64,000 nt of DNA, from NCBI GenBank assembly GCA_035541675.1, contig DATKMW010000063.1:1771-65770 (forward strand), in the 5' to 3' direction. The translations under genes were made by a program, and so were the position numbers. The stretch comes from Anaeromyxobacter sp. Its GTDB lineage: Bacteria > Myxococcota > Myxococcia > Myxococcales > Anaeromyxobacteraceae. The notes under the pieces were generated by a model. That model had not been told where the DNA came from. It searched no databases and was given only the letters and a program-made list of their open reading frames with translations. This document shows positions 9,936-18,835 of the stretch, in pieces. Numbering within the stretch: position 1 is the first letter of the stretch; each line of letters opens with the position of its first letter.

Positions 9936-10017
9936 CGCCGGTCGCGGCGGGAGGCGGCGAGGTCCGGCCAGAGGCTGCGGCCCCTCGGGCTCGCCGACCC
10001 GCTGCTGGCGACCGGCG
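9936..10017. other. Long imperfect hairpin filling the romR-valS gap
   Basis: cgccggtcgc/gcgaccggcg closing stem with nested ggcggg/cccgct, ggcgag/ctcgcc and gagg/cctc. Confidence 0.5.
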
Positions 10018-10052
10018 GACCTACTCGGAACCCCACGTTGGAGAGACGAACA

Positions 10053-13000
10053 GTGAACGACGAAAACCGCACCGCGCTCGCCAAGGGCTACGCGCATCGA
10101 GAGGTGGAGGCGCGCTGGTATGCGTTCTGGAGGGCGCGCGGCTACTTCCACGGCGACGAGCGCGACCAGACCCGGCCGCCGTTCTCCATCGTGCTGCCCC
10201 CGCCCAACGTGACCGGCTCGCTGCACCTCGGCCACGCCCTCACCGCCACCCTCCAGGACGTCCTGATCCGCTGGAAGCGGATGAGCGGCTTCAACACGCT
10301 CTGGCTCCCCGGCACCGACCACGCCGGCATCGCCACCCAGATGATCGTGGAGAAGGAGCTGCAGCGGACCGAGCACAAGAGCCGGCACGACCTGGGCCGC
10401 GAGGAGTTCCTGCGCCGGGTGTGGCAGTGGAAGGAACGCTACGGATCGCGCATCGGCGAGCAGCACCAGGCGCTGGGAGCCTCGCTCGACTGGGAGCGCG
10501 AGCGCTTCACCATGGACGAGGGGCTTTCCCGGGCGGTGCGCGAGGTCTTCGTCCGGCTCCACGAGGAGGGGCTCATCTACCGGGAGATGAAGCTCATCAA
10601 CTGGTGCCCCCGCTGCCAAACCGCCCTCTCCGACCTGGAGGTCAGCTACGAGGAGGCGCACAAGGGTGAGCTGTGGAGCTTCGCCTATCCGCTGGCCGAC
10701 GGCTCCGGGGAGATCGTGGTGGCCACCACCCGGCCGGAGACGATGCTGGGCGACACCGCGGTGGCAGTGCACCCCGAGGACGAGCGCTACCGGGCGCTCC
10801 TCGGGAGGAGCGTCCGGCACCCGCTGGTCGACCGGACCCTCCCCATCATCGGCGATGCCATCCTGGTCGACCCGGCCTTCGGCACCGGCGCCGTCAAGGT
10901 CACGCCGGCCCACGACTTCAACGACTTCGAGGTGGGCAAGCGCCACGGGCTGGGGATGATCACGGTCGTCGGCCCGGACGGGAGCATGACCGCCGAGGCC
11001 GGACCGGTGGCCGGCCTGGACCGGTTCGCCGCGCGCAAGGAGGTGAAGCGCCTCCTGTCCGAGCGGGGGCTGGACCGCGGGTCGCAGCCGCACACCCTGC
11101 CCCTGGGCCGGTGCCAGCGCTGCGAGACGGTGCTCGAGCCGCTCCTCTCCAACCAGTGGTTCGTGCGCATCGAGCCGCTGGCCAGGCCGGCCATCCAGGC
11201 GGTGGAGGAGGGGAAGACCCGGTTCATCCCGGAGCAGTGGACCAACACCTACATGTCCTGGATGCGGAACATCCACGACTGGTGCATCAGCCGCCAGCTC
11301 TGGTGGGGCCACCAGATCCCGGCCTGGTACTGCGCCGACGGCCACGTGACGGTGGCGCGCCAGGCCCCGGAGCAGTGCGGCACCTGCGGGAAGGGCGGCC
11401 TGCGCCAGGACGAGGACGTGCTCGACACCTGGTTCTCCTCGGGCCTGTGGCCCTTCTCGACCATGGGCTGGCCCGACGAGACCGCCACGCTGCGCACCTT
11501 CTACCCGACCGCGGTCATGGAGACCGGGCACGACATCATCTTCTTCTGGGTGGCCCGGATGATGATGATGGGCATCCACTTCATGGGCGAGGTGCCCTTC
11601 CGGACGGTGTACCTGCACCCCATGGTCCGGGACGAGAAGGGCCAGAAGATGTCCAAGACCAAGGGGAACGTCATCGATCCCCTGGTCATCAGCGAGCAGT
11701 ATGGCGCCGACGCCCTGCGCTTCACCCTGGCCGCCCTGACCGCCCAGGGGCGGGACATCAAGCTGGCCAAGGAGCGGATCGAGGGGTACCGGGCTTTCGC
11801 CAACAAGCTCTGGAACGCGAGCCGGTTCGCCCTCATGAACCTGGCCGGGTACGAGGAGGGAGGGGGAGAGCTGGCGGGCCTCGATCTCTCCCCGGCCGAT
11901 CGCTGGATCCTGGCCCGCCTGCAGCGGGCCACCAACGAGGTGGTGCAGGCGCTGGAGGCGTTCCGGTTCAACGACGCGGCCAGCACGCTCTACCAGTTCG
12001 TCTGGCACGAGCTCTGCGATTGGTACATCGAGCTGGCCAAGGAGGCGCTCTCCGGGGACCACGCCGGGCGGCGCCGGGCCGCCCAGGCGGTGCTGGTCCG
12101 CTGCCTGTCGACCTCGTACCGGCTCCTTCACCCGTTCATGCCCTTCATCACCGAGGAGCTCTGGCACGTGCTCCGCGACGAGGTGAAGGCCTGGGCCTGG
12201 CCGGACTCCGCGCTGGCCGCCTCGTACCCCCAGAAGGGTACCGTGGACGAGGACGCGGAGCGGACCTTCGGGCCGGTCATCGGCGTCGTCGACGCGATCC
12301 GCAATGTCCGCGGGGAGATGAACGTCCCGCCCAAGGCCGAGCCCAGGGTCGTCATCGCCGTCCCCGAGCGGCAGGCACTCTCGACAGTCCGGGGGGAGGC
12401 GGCGCGCATCGCCCTGCTCGCCCGGGCCAGGGTGGAGGTGGTCGAAGGCCCCACCGCCCCGGCCGCCCCCCAGACCGCGGTCGCGGTCGGCCCCGGCTTC
12501 GAGCTCCGGCTGTACCTGGCGGGAGTCCTGGACCTCGCGGCCGAGATCGCACGGGTGGAGAAGGAGTTGACCCGGCTCGACCAGGACCTCTCCGGGATCG
12601 AGGGCAAGCTGGCGAACCCGTCCTTCGTCCAGAAGGCGCCCGCCGAGGTGGTGGAGAAGGACCGGGCCCGCGCCGGCGAGCTGCGCGAAAAAAGAGGAAA
12701 GCTCGAGGCCCATCGTGCGATGCTCTCCGGCACCGAGGCGAACACCGCCAGGAGGGACACCATGGAGAACCAGATTCCGCCCATGCCCGTCGCGGAGATG
12801 TCCGCCGCCGAGCCGGCCAAGGTGGAGCCGGCCCCGGCCCCGGTCGCTCCCGTCGTCGAGCCCGCGCCGGCACCTGCTCAACCCGAAGTGAACGCTGCGC
12901 CCCCGGCCCCCAAGAAGAAGGCGGCCAAGAAGGCCAAGAAGCCGGCCCGGAAGGCCAAGAAGGCCACGCGGAAGGCCGCGCCCCGCAAGGCGGCGAAGAA

Positions 13001-13073
13001 GGCGAAGAAGCCGGTCCGCAAGCCGGTCCGGAAGGCCAAGAAGGCCCGCAAGGCCGCCCGGCGGCGGAGGTAG
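10053..13073 (+). CDS. valS: Valine--tRNA ligase with a C-terminal Pro/Ala linker and Lys/Arg-rich tail
   Basis: PPPNVTGSLHLGH (HIGH), PGTDHAGIATQ, WCISRQLWWGH, DTWFSS, KMSKT, C-terminal coiled coil. GTG 10053 has SD ggaga (TTG 10038 is an alternative). Confidence 0.97.
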   Translation: MNDENRTALAKGYAHREVEARWYAFWRARGYFHGDERDQTRPPFSIVLPPPNVTGSLHLGHALTATLQDVLIRWKRMSGFNTLWLPGTDHAGIATQMIVEKELQRTEHKSRHDLGREEFLRRVWQWKERYGSRIGEQHQALGASLDWERERFTMDEGLSRAVREVFVRLHEEGLIYREMKLINWCPRCQTALSDLEVSYEEAHKGELWSFAYPLADGSGEIVVATTRPETMLGDTAVAVHPEDERYRALLGRSVRHPLVDRTLPIIGDAILVDPAFGTGAVKVTPAHDFNDFEVGKRHGLGMITVVGPDGSMTAEAGPVAGLDRFAARKEVKRLLSERGLDRGSQPHTLPLGRCQRCETVLEPLLSNQWFVRIEPLARPAIQAVEEGKTRFIPEQWTNTYMSWMRNIHDWCISRQLWWGHQIPAWYCADGHVTVARQAPEQCGTCGKGGLRQDEDVLDTWFSSGLWPFSTMGWPDETATLRTFYPTAVMETGHDIIFFWVARMMMMGIHFMGEVPFRTVYLHPMVRDEKGQKMSKTKGNVIDPLVISEQYGADALRFTLAALTAQGRDIKLAKERIEGYRAFANKLWNASRFALMNLAGYEEGGGELAGLDLSPADRWILARLQRATNEVVQALEAFRFNDAASTLYQFVWHELCDWYIELAKEALSGDHAGRRRAAQAVLVRCLSTSYRLLHPFMPFITEELWHVLRDEVKAWAWPDSALAASYPQKGTVDEDAERTFGPVIGVVDAIRNVRGEMNVPPKAEPRVVIAVPERQALSTVRGEAARIALLARARVEVVEGPTAPAAPQTAVAVGPGFELRLYLAGVLDLAAEIARVEKELTRLDQDLSGIEGKLANPSFVQKAPAEVVEKDRARAGELREKRGKLEAHRAMLSGTEANTARRDTMENQIPPMPVAEMSAAEPAKVEPAPAPVAPVVEPAPAPAQPEVNAAPPAPKKKAAKKAKKPARKAKKATRKAAPRKAAKKAKKPVRKPVRKAKKARKAARRRR
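12762..13073 (+). CDS. Possible separately initiated 103-aa histone-H1-like protein nested in frame in valS
   Basis: AGGAGG (12750-12755) lies 6 nt before in-frame ATG 12762. The last 53 aa contain 21 K, 10 R and no acidic residue. Confidence 0.4.
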   Translation: MENQIPPMPVAEMSAAEPAKVEPAPAPVAPVVEPAPAPAQPEVNAAPPAPKKKAAKKAKKPARKAKKATRKAAPRKAAKKAKKPVRKPVRKAKKARKAARRRR

Positions 13074-13083
13074 CCCGGGGCCG

Positions 13084-13920
13084 ATGCGGCAGCTGTCCGC
13101 CCAGGTCGAGAGGCTCGTCGAGCTGGCCCTCGAGGAGGACCTCTCGCTGGGGGACGCCACCAGCGAGGCGACCCTCGAGCCGGCGGCGTCGGGGGAGGGC
13201 GTGTTCCTGGCCAAGGAGGACCTGGTGATCGCCGGCACGGCGGTGGCGGCCCGGGTCTTCGAGAGGCTGGGCGCGTCCTGCCGGTTCGAGCGCCGCGATG
13301 GGGAAGGCGTCCGGGCTGGCGAGGTGGTGGGCACGGCCCGGGGGCCGGTCCAGGCCCTCCTCGCTGCCGAGCGCACGGCGCTCAACTTCCTCCAGCGCCT
13401 CTCCGGGGTGGCCACCGCCACCCGCCGCTGCGTGGAGGCCCTGGCGAGGGGCGGCGCGACGACGCGGTTGCTCGACACCCGCAAGACCACTCCCGGCTTC
13501 CGCCTGCTGGAGAAGGCGGCCGTGCGCGCCGGCGGGGGGACCAACCACCGGCTCTCGCTGGGCGACGGCATCCTCATCAAGGACAACCACGTGGCGGCCA
13601 GCGGCGGAGTGGCCGAGGCGGTGCGGCGGGCGCGGGCCAGGGCCGGCGCGCTGCTCCGGATCGAGGTGGAGGTGGTGGACCTGGCCGGCCTCGATGCGGC
13701 CATCGCCGCCGGCGCCGATCTGGTCCTGCTCGACAACATGGACGATGCCGGCATCGCCGAGGCCGTGGCCCGGGCCTCCGGCCGGGTGCGCCTCGAGGCC
13801 AGCGGGAACATGACCCTGGAGCGGCTGCCGCGGGTGGCCGCCACCGGCGTCGACTTCGTGTCCATGGGGGCCATCACCCACAGTGCCAGGGCGGTGGACC
13901 TGTCGTTCGAGCTGCGGTGA
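13084..13920 (+). CDS. nadC: Nicotinate-nucleotide diphosphorylase (carboxylating)
   Basis: ERTALNFLQRLSGVAT, DTRKTTPG, HRLSLGDGILIKDNH, IEVEV, LLDNM, EASGN. Confidence 0.95.
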   Translation: MRQLSAQVERLVELALEEDLSLGDATSEATLEPAASGEGVFLAKEDLVIAGTAVAARVFERLGASCRFERRDGEGVRAGEVVGTARGPVQALLAAERTALNFLQRLSGVATATRRCVEALARGGATTRLLDTRKTTPGFRLLEKAAVRAGGGTNHRLSLGDGILIKDNHVAASGGVAEAVRRARARAGALLRIEVEVVDLAGLDAAIAAGADLVLLDNMDDAGIAEAVARASGRVRLEASGNMTLERLPRVAATGVDFVSMGAITHSARAVDLSFELR

Positions 13921-13975
13921 TCCCCGCGCACCCGGGGTGGGCGGCGGTGGACGAGGGCGACCGCGACGGGGCCCA

Positions 13976-14004
13976 TTGACACGCCCATCCCGGGCTCCCA
14001 GAAT
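13976..14004 (+). promoter_or_regulatory. Sigma70 promoter, leaderless birA
   Basis: TTGACA-N17-CAGAAT, then 7 nt to ATG; no SD. Confidence 0.75.
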
Positions 14005-14011
14005 CCCCTGG

Positions 14012-15028
14012 ATGAACCCCGAGACCGCCAGCTCCGAGGAGTTGGTGCTCGGCTTCCTGGCGGAGGCCGGCGACGAGTTCGTCTCCGGCGAGGCCATCAG
14101 CGACAAGCTGGGGCTGACCCGCGCCGCCGTCTGGAAGCACGTGGAGTCGCTGCGGTCGCGGGGGTACCGGATCGACGCGGTCCCTGCCCGGGGCTACCGG
14201 CTGGGCGGCGTGCCCGATCGGCTCACCCCGCTCGAGCTGCGGCCGCTGCTCAACACCCACGACGTGGGCCAGGTGATCCACCACTTCGAGGTCATCGGCT
14301 CGACCAACGACCGCGCCCGGGAGCTGGCCGACGAGGGGGCGGGCCACGGGGAGGTGGTGGTGGCCGAGGCCCAGACCGGAGGCCGCGGCCGGCGGGGTCG
14401 GGCCTGGGTCTCCCCTCCGGGCTGCAACGCGTACTTCTCGGCGATCCTCCGCCCCGATTTGCCCCCCGGCCGTGCCCCCGAGCTCACCCTGGTGGCCTCG
14501 GTGGCCATCTGCGACGCACTCCGGCACGCGGGCGTTCCCGCCGGGATCAAGTGGCCCAACGATCTCCTGGTCGAGGGGCGGAAGATCGCCGGCATCCTCA
14601 CCGAGATGGCGGCCGAGCCCGAGCGCCTGCAGTGGGCGGTGGTGGGGGTGGGGGTGAACGTCAACGCCGCCCTGGCCGACTTCCCCCCCGAGCTTCGCGA
14701 GGAGGCGACCAGCGTGCTGCTCGTCCGGGGCGAGCCGGCCCCGCGCGCCCTCTTCGTGGCCGCCTGCCTGACCGCGCTGGAGGGCTGGCTGGACCGGCAC
14801 GCCGAGGAGGGGTTCGAGGCGATCCGAAAGGCCTGGCGGGAGCGGAGCGTGACCCTGGGTTGCCAGGTGGTGGTGCGGACCGAGGAGCGGGAGTTCGAGG
14901 GGCTGGCAGAGGACATCGATGCCGGCGGCGCGCTGCTCGTCCGGACCGGCACCCGCCGGCACCGGATCGTCGCCGGCGACGTCCGCCTGCTGCGGGCCCG
15001 CGGCCAGCCGTCGGGCGGCGACCGTTGA
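14012..15028 (+). CDS. birA: Bifunctional biotin--[acetyl-CoA-carboxylase] ligase / repressor
   Basis: N-terminal HTH (SGEAIS..LGLTRAAVWKHV); STND, QTGGRGRRGR.W.SP, IKWPND, KIAGIL. Confidence 0.95.
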   Translation: MNPETASSEELVLGFLAEAGDEFVSGEAISDKLGLTRAAVWKHVESLRSRGYRIDAVPARGYRLGGVPDRLTPLELRPLLNTHDVGQVIHHFEVIGSTNDRARELADEGAGHGEVVVAEAQTGGRGRRGRAWVSPPGCNAYFSAILRPDLPPGRAPELTLVASVAICDALRHAGVPAGIKWPNDLLVEGRKIAGILTEMAAEPERLQWAVVGVGVNVNAALADFPPELREEATSVLLVRGEPAPRALFVAACLTALEGWLDRHAEEGFEAIRKAWRERSVTLGCQVVVRTEEREFEGLAEDIDAGGALLVRTGTRRHRIVAGDVRLLRARGQPSGGDR

Positions 15029-15031
15029 CGT

Positions 15032-15060
15032 TTGACCGGCCCGGGGCCCGAGGCTAGGCT
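15032..15060 (+). promoter_or_regulatory. Sigma70 promoter, leaderless coaX
   Basis: TTGACC-N17-TAGGCT, then 6 nt to GTG 15067; no SD. Confidence 0.8.
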
Positions 15061-15066
15061 CGCGCC

Positions 15067-15864
15067 GTGCTGCTCGCCATCGACGTGGGGAACACCAACA
15101 CCGTGCTGGGCGTCTACCAGGGGGCCGCCCTCCGCGACCACTGGCGCATCGAGACCTCCCACGCCCGCACCGGCGACGAGTACGGGATCCTCATCCGCCA
15201 GCTCTTCGCCGCCGGCGGGATCGACCCGGCGCAGGTGGACGCGGTGGTGGTCTCGAGCGTGGTCCCGCCGCTGGGGAGGACCCTGGAGCACATGTCCCGC
15301 CGCTACTTCGGCCAGGAGCCCCTCTTCGTCGGGCCGGGGGTGAAGACGGGGATCTCCATCCTCTACGAGAACCCCCGGGAGGTGGGGGCCGACCGGGTGG
15401 TCAACGCGGTCGCGGCCTACGAGCGATGGCGGAGCGCCCTGGTGGTGGTGGACTTCGGCACCGCCACCACCTTCGACGCCATCTCGGCGCGGGGAGAGTA
15501 CCTGGGCGGCGCCATCGCCCCCGGGGTGGGCATCTCCATGGAGGCGCTCTTCCGCGCCGCCTCCAAGCTGCCGCGGGTGGAGTTCGCCCGGCCCCCCCAC
15601 GTGATCGGGCGCAACACCGTCTCCTCCATCCAGGCCGGGCTGGTCTACGGCTACGTGGGGCTGGTGGACGGGATCTGCACGCGGATGGCCGAGGAGCTGG
15701 GAGGAGCGCCCAAGGTGGTCGCCACCGGCGGGCTCGCCCCGCTGGTCGCCGGGATCTCGCGGACCATCGCCGAGGTCGACGAGCACCTGACCCTGGACGG
15801 GCTGCGCCTCATCCACGAGCGAAACCGGTCGCCCGCCGCCCCGGATGGCGGGCGCAGGAGCTAG
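15067..15864 (+). CDS. coaX: Type III pantothenate kinase
   Basis: [42 protein letters not shown]. Confidence 0.93.
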   Translation: MLLAIDVGNTNTVLGVYQGAALRDHWRIETSHARTGDEYGILIRQLFAAGGIDPAQVDAVVVSSVVPPLGRTLEHMSRRYFGQEPLFVGPGVKTGISILYENPREVGADRVVNAVAAYERWRSALVVVDFGTATTFDAISARGEYLGGAIAPGVGISMEALFRAASKLPRVEFARPPHVIGRNTVSSIQAGLVYGYVGLVDGICTRMAEELGGAPKVVATGGLAPLVAGISRTIAEVDEHLTLDGLRLIHERNRSPAAPDGGRRS

Positions 15865-15869
15865 CGTCC

Positions 15870-17006
15870 ATGTCCGACTGCCCCCTGACGCTCGACGCCC
15901 TGCCCAAGCCGCTGCAGAAGCACGCCGACGGCGCCGCCCCCCTGCCGCTGCGGATGATGGGGGCGAAGGGTCTCGTCCCCGCCGTGGCCCCGCTGGATCT
16001 GACCACGCTCCTCTTCGTCCTCTCCTTCGACGCCGATCCGGGGATCCGCGAGACGGCGCAGAAGACCGCGGAGGGGCTGCCAGACAAGATCTGGGGGGTG
16101 GCGCTGCGCTCCGAGGCGCTCCAGGCCCCGGTGCTGGACTGGCTGACCGACCGGCTCCGGGGCCGCGACGACGCCCTGGAGCTGGTGCTGCTCAACCCCA
16201 GCACCTCCGACGCCACCGTGGCCCGGCTGGCCGCCACGGTCTCCCAGAAGCTGGCCGACATCGTCCGGCAGAACGAGCTCAGGCTCCTGCGCCACGACGA
16301 CATCGTCCGGCGCCTGTGCCAGAACCCCAACGCGCTGGCCTCGACCGTGGACGGCGCCTGCGACTTCTGCGTTCGCAACGGGCTGACCCTGCTCGACGTC
16401 CCGCAGCTGGTCGAGGCGCACCGGCGCATCCACGGCGTCGATCCGGCGGCGGCGCCGGCCGGGGAGACCGCGGCCGCGCTGATGTCCGACTTCGCCAGCG
16501 AGCTGGCCCACGACGGCGGGCCCGAAGGGCCACCGCACGCGGAAACCGACGAGGAGACGCTGAAGAAGGCGACCATCACCCAGCGCGTCCTGAAGATGAG
16601 CGTCTCCGAGAAGATCAAGCTGGCCACCCTGGGCAACAAGGAGGCCCGCACGCTGCTCCTGCGCGACTCCAACCGGCTGGTGTGCATGGCGGCTGCCACC
16701 AGCCCGCGCATCACCGACGGCGAGATCATCGGGCTGGCCAACTCCCGCACCTGCAACGCCGACGTGCTGCGCTACATCTACGACAACCGCGAGTTCGTCC
16801 GGAACTACGCCATCAAGATCTCGCTGGTGAAGAACCCCAAGGTCCCGCTGCCCACGGCCCTGAAGCTGCTCGTCACGCTCCAGGAGAAGGACATCAAGGA
16901 GCTGTCCCGCGATCGCAACGTCCCCCAGACCGTCCAGGCCCAGGCCAAGGCCTACATGATGAAGAAGGAGCAGGCGACCCGCGGGCCGCTCGGGGGAAAG
17001 CATTGA
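15870..17006 (+). CDS. Conserved hypothetical protein, helical-repeat-like C-terminus
   Basis: SD aggag; typical codon usage; C-terminal MSVSEKIKLATLGNKEARTLLLRDSNRLV...SPRIT...KNPKVP block I recognise from other delta/Myxococcota hypotheticals. Confidence 0.8.
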   Translation: MSDCPLTLDALPKPLQKHADGAAPLPLRMMGAKGLVPAVAPLDLTTLLFVLSFDADPGIRETAQKTAEGLPDKIWGVALRSEALQAPVLDWLTDRLRGRDDALELVLLNPSTSDATVARLAATVSQKLADIVRQNELRLLRHDDIVRRLCQNPNALASTVDGACDFCVRNGLTLLDVPQLVEAHRRIHGVDPAAAPAGETAAALMSDFASELAHDGGPEGPPHAETDEETLKKATITQRVLKMSVSEKIKLATLGNKEARTLLLRDSNRLVCMAAATSPRITDGEIIGLANSRTCNADVLRYIYDNREFVRNYAIKISLVKNPKVPLPTALKLLVTLQEKDIKELSRDRNVPQTVQAQAKAYMMKKEQATRGPLGGKH

Positions 17007-17053
17007 GGCAGGCGCCGGGCCGGCCGGCCGGCCCCCCCGGCGAGAAGCTCCGC

Positions 17054-18604
17054 GTGTCCCGGGCCCTGCGGGTCTCGGCCGCGACCATGACCTCCCGGCT
17101 CCTGGGGCTGGTGCGCGACCAGCTCTTCGCGGCCCTGGTCGGAGCCAACCGCTTCTCCGACGCTTTCGTCGTCGCCTTCCGCATCCCCAACCTGCTCCGC
17201 GATCTCTTCGCCGAGGGTGCGCTCTCGGCCGCCCTCGTCCCCTCCTTCGCCGAGGCCCACCGGCACCGGGGCGCCGAGCAGGCCTACCGGCTGGGCAACG
17301 CGGTGGTGGCGGTCGTCCTGCTGCTGGTGGGCACGGTGACGGTCGCCGGCGTCCTGGCGGCGGGCCCGCTCGTGCACCTGGTGGCGCCGGGGCTGGCCGA
17401 GCCCCAGCTGGCCGCGGCGCTGACGCGGGTGATGATGCCCTTCCTCCTGCTGGTGTCGCTGTCGGCCGTGGCCATGGGGATGCTCAACGCGCGGTCCCGC
17501 TTCACCGCACCGGCCCTGGCCCCGGCCCTGTTCAACGTGGGGGCCATCGCCGTCGGCGCCGGCCTGTGGGTGGCCGGCTGGCCGCCCGAGCGGGCGGTGA
17601 CCGGCTGGGCAGCGGGGACGCTCCTGGGCGGCGCGCTGCAGCTCATCGTGCAGCTCCCGGCGCTCCACCGGATGGGATTCCGCTTCCGCCCCCGCCTCTC
17701 CGGGGCGGTTCTGGCCGACCCGGGCCTGATCCGGGTGTTCGGCCTCCTGGGCGGCGCGGTGGTGGGCCTCTCCGCCACCCAGGTGAACATCGTGGTCAAC
17801 ACCTTCTTCGCCGCCCGGGTGGTGGGGGCCAACACCTGGCTGCAGTGCGCCTTCCGCCTCATGCAGCTTCCGCTGGGGGTCTTCGCCGTGGCGGTGGCCA
17901 CCGTGGCCGGGGCCGGGGTGGCACAGCGAGCGGCCGAACGGGACATGCCGGCGATCCAGGCGACCGTGGGGGCCGCGCTCCGCCTGGTCGCCTTCCTCAA
18001 CGTGCCGTCGGCGGTGGGTTTGGCGGTGCTGGCCCGACCCATCATCTCGCTCGTCTACGAGCACGGCCGCTTCGGCGCCGCCGACACCGAGGCCACCGCG
18101 AGGGCGCTCCTCTGGTACGCAGCCGGCCTCTACGCCTACTCGGGGGTGAAGGTGCTGGCACCGGCCTTTTACGCGCTGGGCGCCGCCCGCGTGCCGGCGC
18201 TGGCCGCATGGGCCAGCATGCTGGCCAACGTGGCGCTGAACGCCTTCCTCTTTCCGCTGCTCGGCTTCGAGGGCGTGGCCCTGGGAACGGCGCTGGCGGC
18301 GACCGTGAACTTCGGCGTGCTGCTCCTCGCCTGGAGGCTGGCCCATGGCGGCATGGCCGGGTCCGCCGTGCCCCACCAGCTCGGCCGCGTGCTCCTGGCC
18401 AGCGCCGCGCTGGCGGCGGCGGCGTGGGCGGCCCACTGGGGCCTGGCGGCGGCCCTGCCGCCCGGGAAGAGCGCGGGGAAGCAGCTGTGCCTGGCCTTTG
18501 GCCCCATCGCCGCGGGCGGGGCGGCCTACCTGTGGGCAGCGAGCGTGCTGGGGATCGGCGAGCTGGCCGACCTGCTCCGGGCGCTCCGGGGCGGACGGCG
18601 CTGA
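17054..18604 (+). CDS. murJ: Lipid II flippase MurJ (start uncertain: TTG 17003, GTG 17054 or ATG 17087)
   Basis: SRLLGLVRD, AFRIPNLLRDLFAEGALS, A.RLMQLPLGVF, AFYALG; about 13 hydrophobic segments. Confidence 0.9.
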   Translation: MSRALRVSAATMTSRLLGLVRDQLFAALVGANRFSDAFVVAFRIPNLLRDLFAEGALSAALVPSFAEAHRHRGAEQAYRLGNAVVAVVLLLVGTVTVAGVLAAGPLVHLVAPGLAEPQLAAALTRVMMPFLLLVSLSAVAMGMLNARSRFTAPALAPALFNVGAIAVGAGLWVAGWPPERAVTGWAAGTLLGGALQLIVQLPALHRMGFRFRPRLSGAVLADPGLIRVFGLLGGAVVGLSATQVNIVVNTFFAARVVGANTWLQCAFRLMQLPLGVFAVAVATVAGAGVAQRAAERDMPAIQATVGAALRLVAFLNVPSAVGLAVLARPIISLVYEHGRFGAADTEATARALLWYAAGLYAYSGVKVLAPAFYALGAARVPALAAWASMLANVALNAFLFPLLGFEGVALGTALAATVNFGVLLLAWRLAHGGMAGSAVPHQLGRVLLASAALAAAAWAAHWGLAAALPPGKSAGKQLCLAFGPIAAGGAAYLWAASVLGIGELADLLRALRGGRR

Positions 18605-18781
18605 GACGCCGGGCCTCACACCGTGGGTGCGGGAGCACGAAGGTCCGCGGATGCGGACAAATCTTTCTTGCCGCTTCGCCTCGCGTCGAAAGGCTTCGTT
18701 GGGGTGCTATCTCCATGCGTGAAGGTGCGGTGCGCACATCGCTCCCCGTGGTGTGCCTCCACGCCGCGTTGGGTGGCTTCG

Positions 18782-18810
18782 TTGACTTCGATCCGAGCGG
18801 GGCGCAGGCT
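18782..18810 (+). promoter_or_regulatory. Candidate sigma70 promoter of the STAS gene
   Basis: TTGACT-N17-CAGGCT; SD gaggtg precedes ATG 18836. Confidence 0.55.
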
Positions 18811-18835
18811 ATGAGCCCGAAGACGAGGTGAGTCC

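Noticed and set aside
9936-10052. T-box riboswitch upstream of valS
   Set aside because: No T-box (TGGNACC) motif, no specifier-loop elements, and the region is too short.
12687-12694. GAAAAAAG in valS resembling the dnaX A_AAA_AAG frameshift site
   Set aside because: In the ValRS frame the codons are GAA AAA AGA, so the heptamer is out of phase. Six A's is short for transcriptional slippage.
18715-18831. 38-aa ORF upstream of the STAS gene
   Set aside because: No SD, no informative composition, and the STAS promoter lies inside it.
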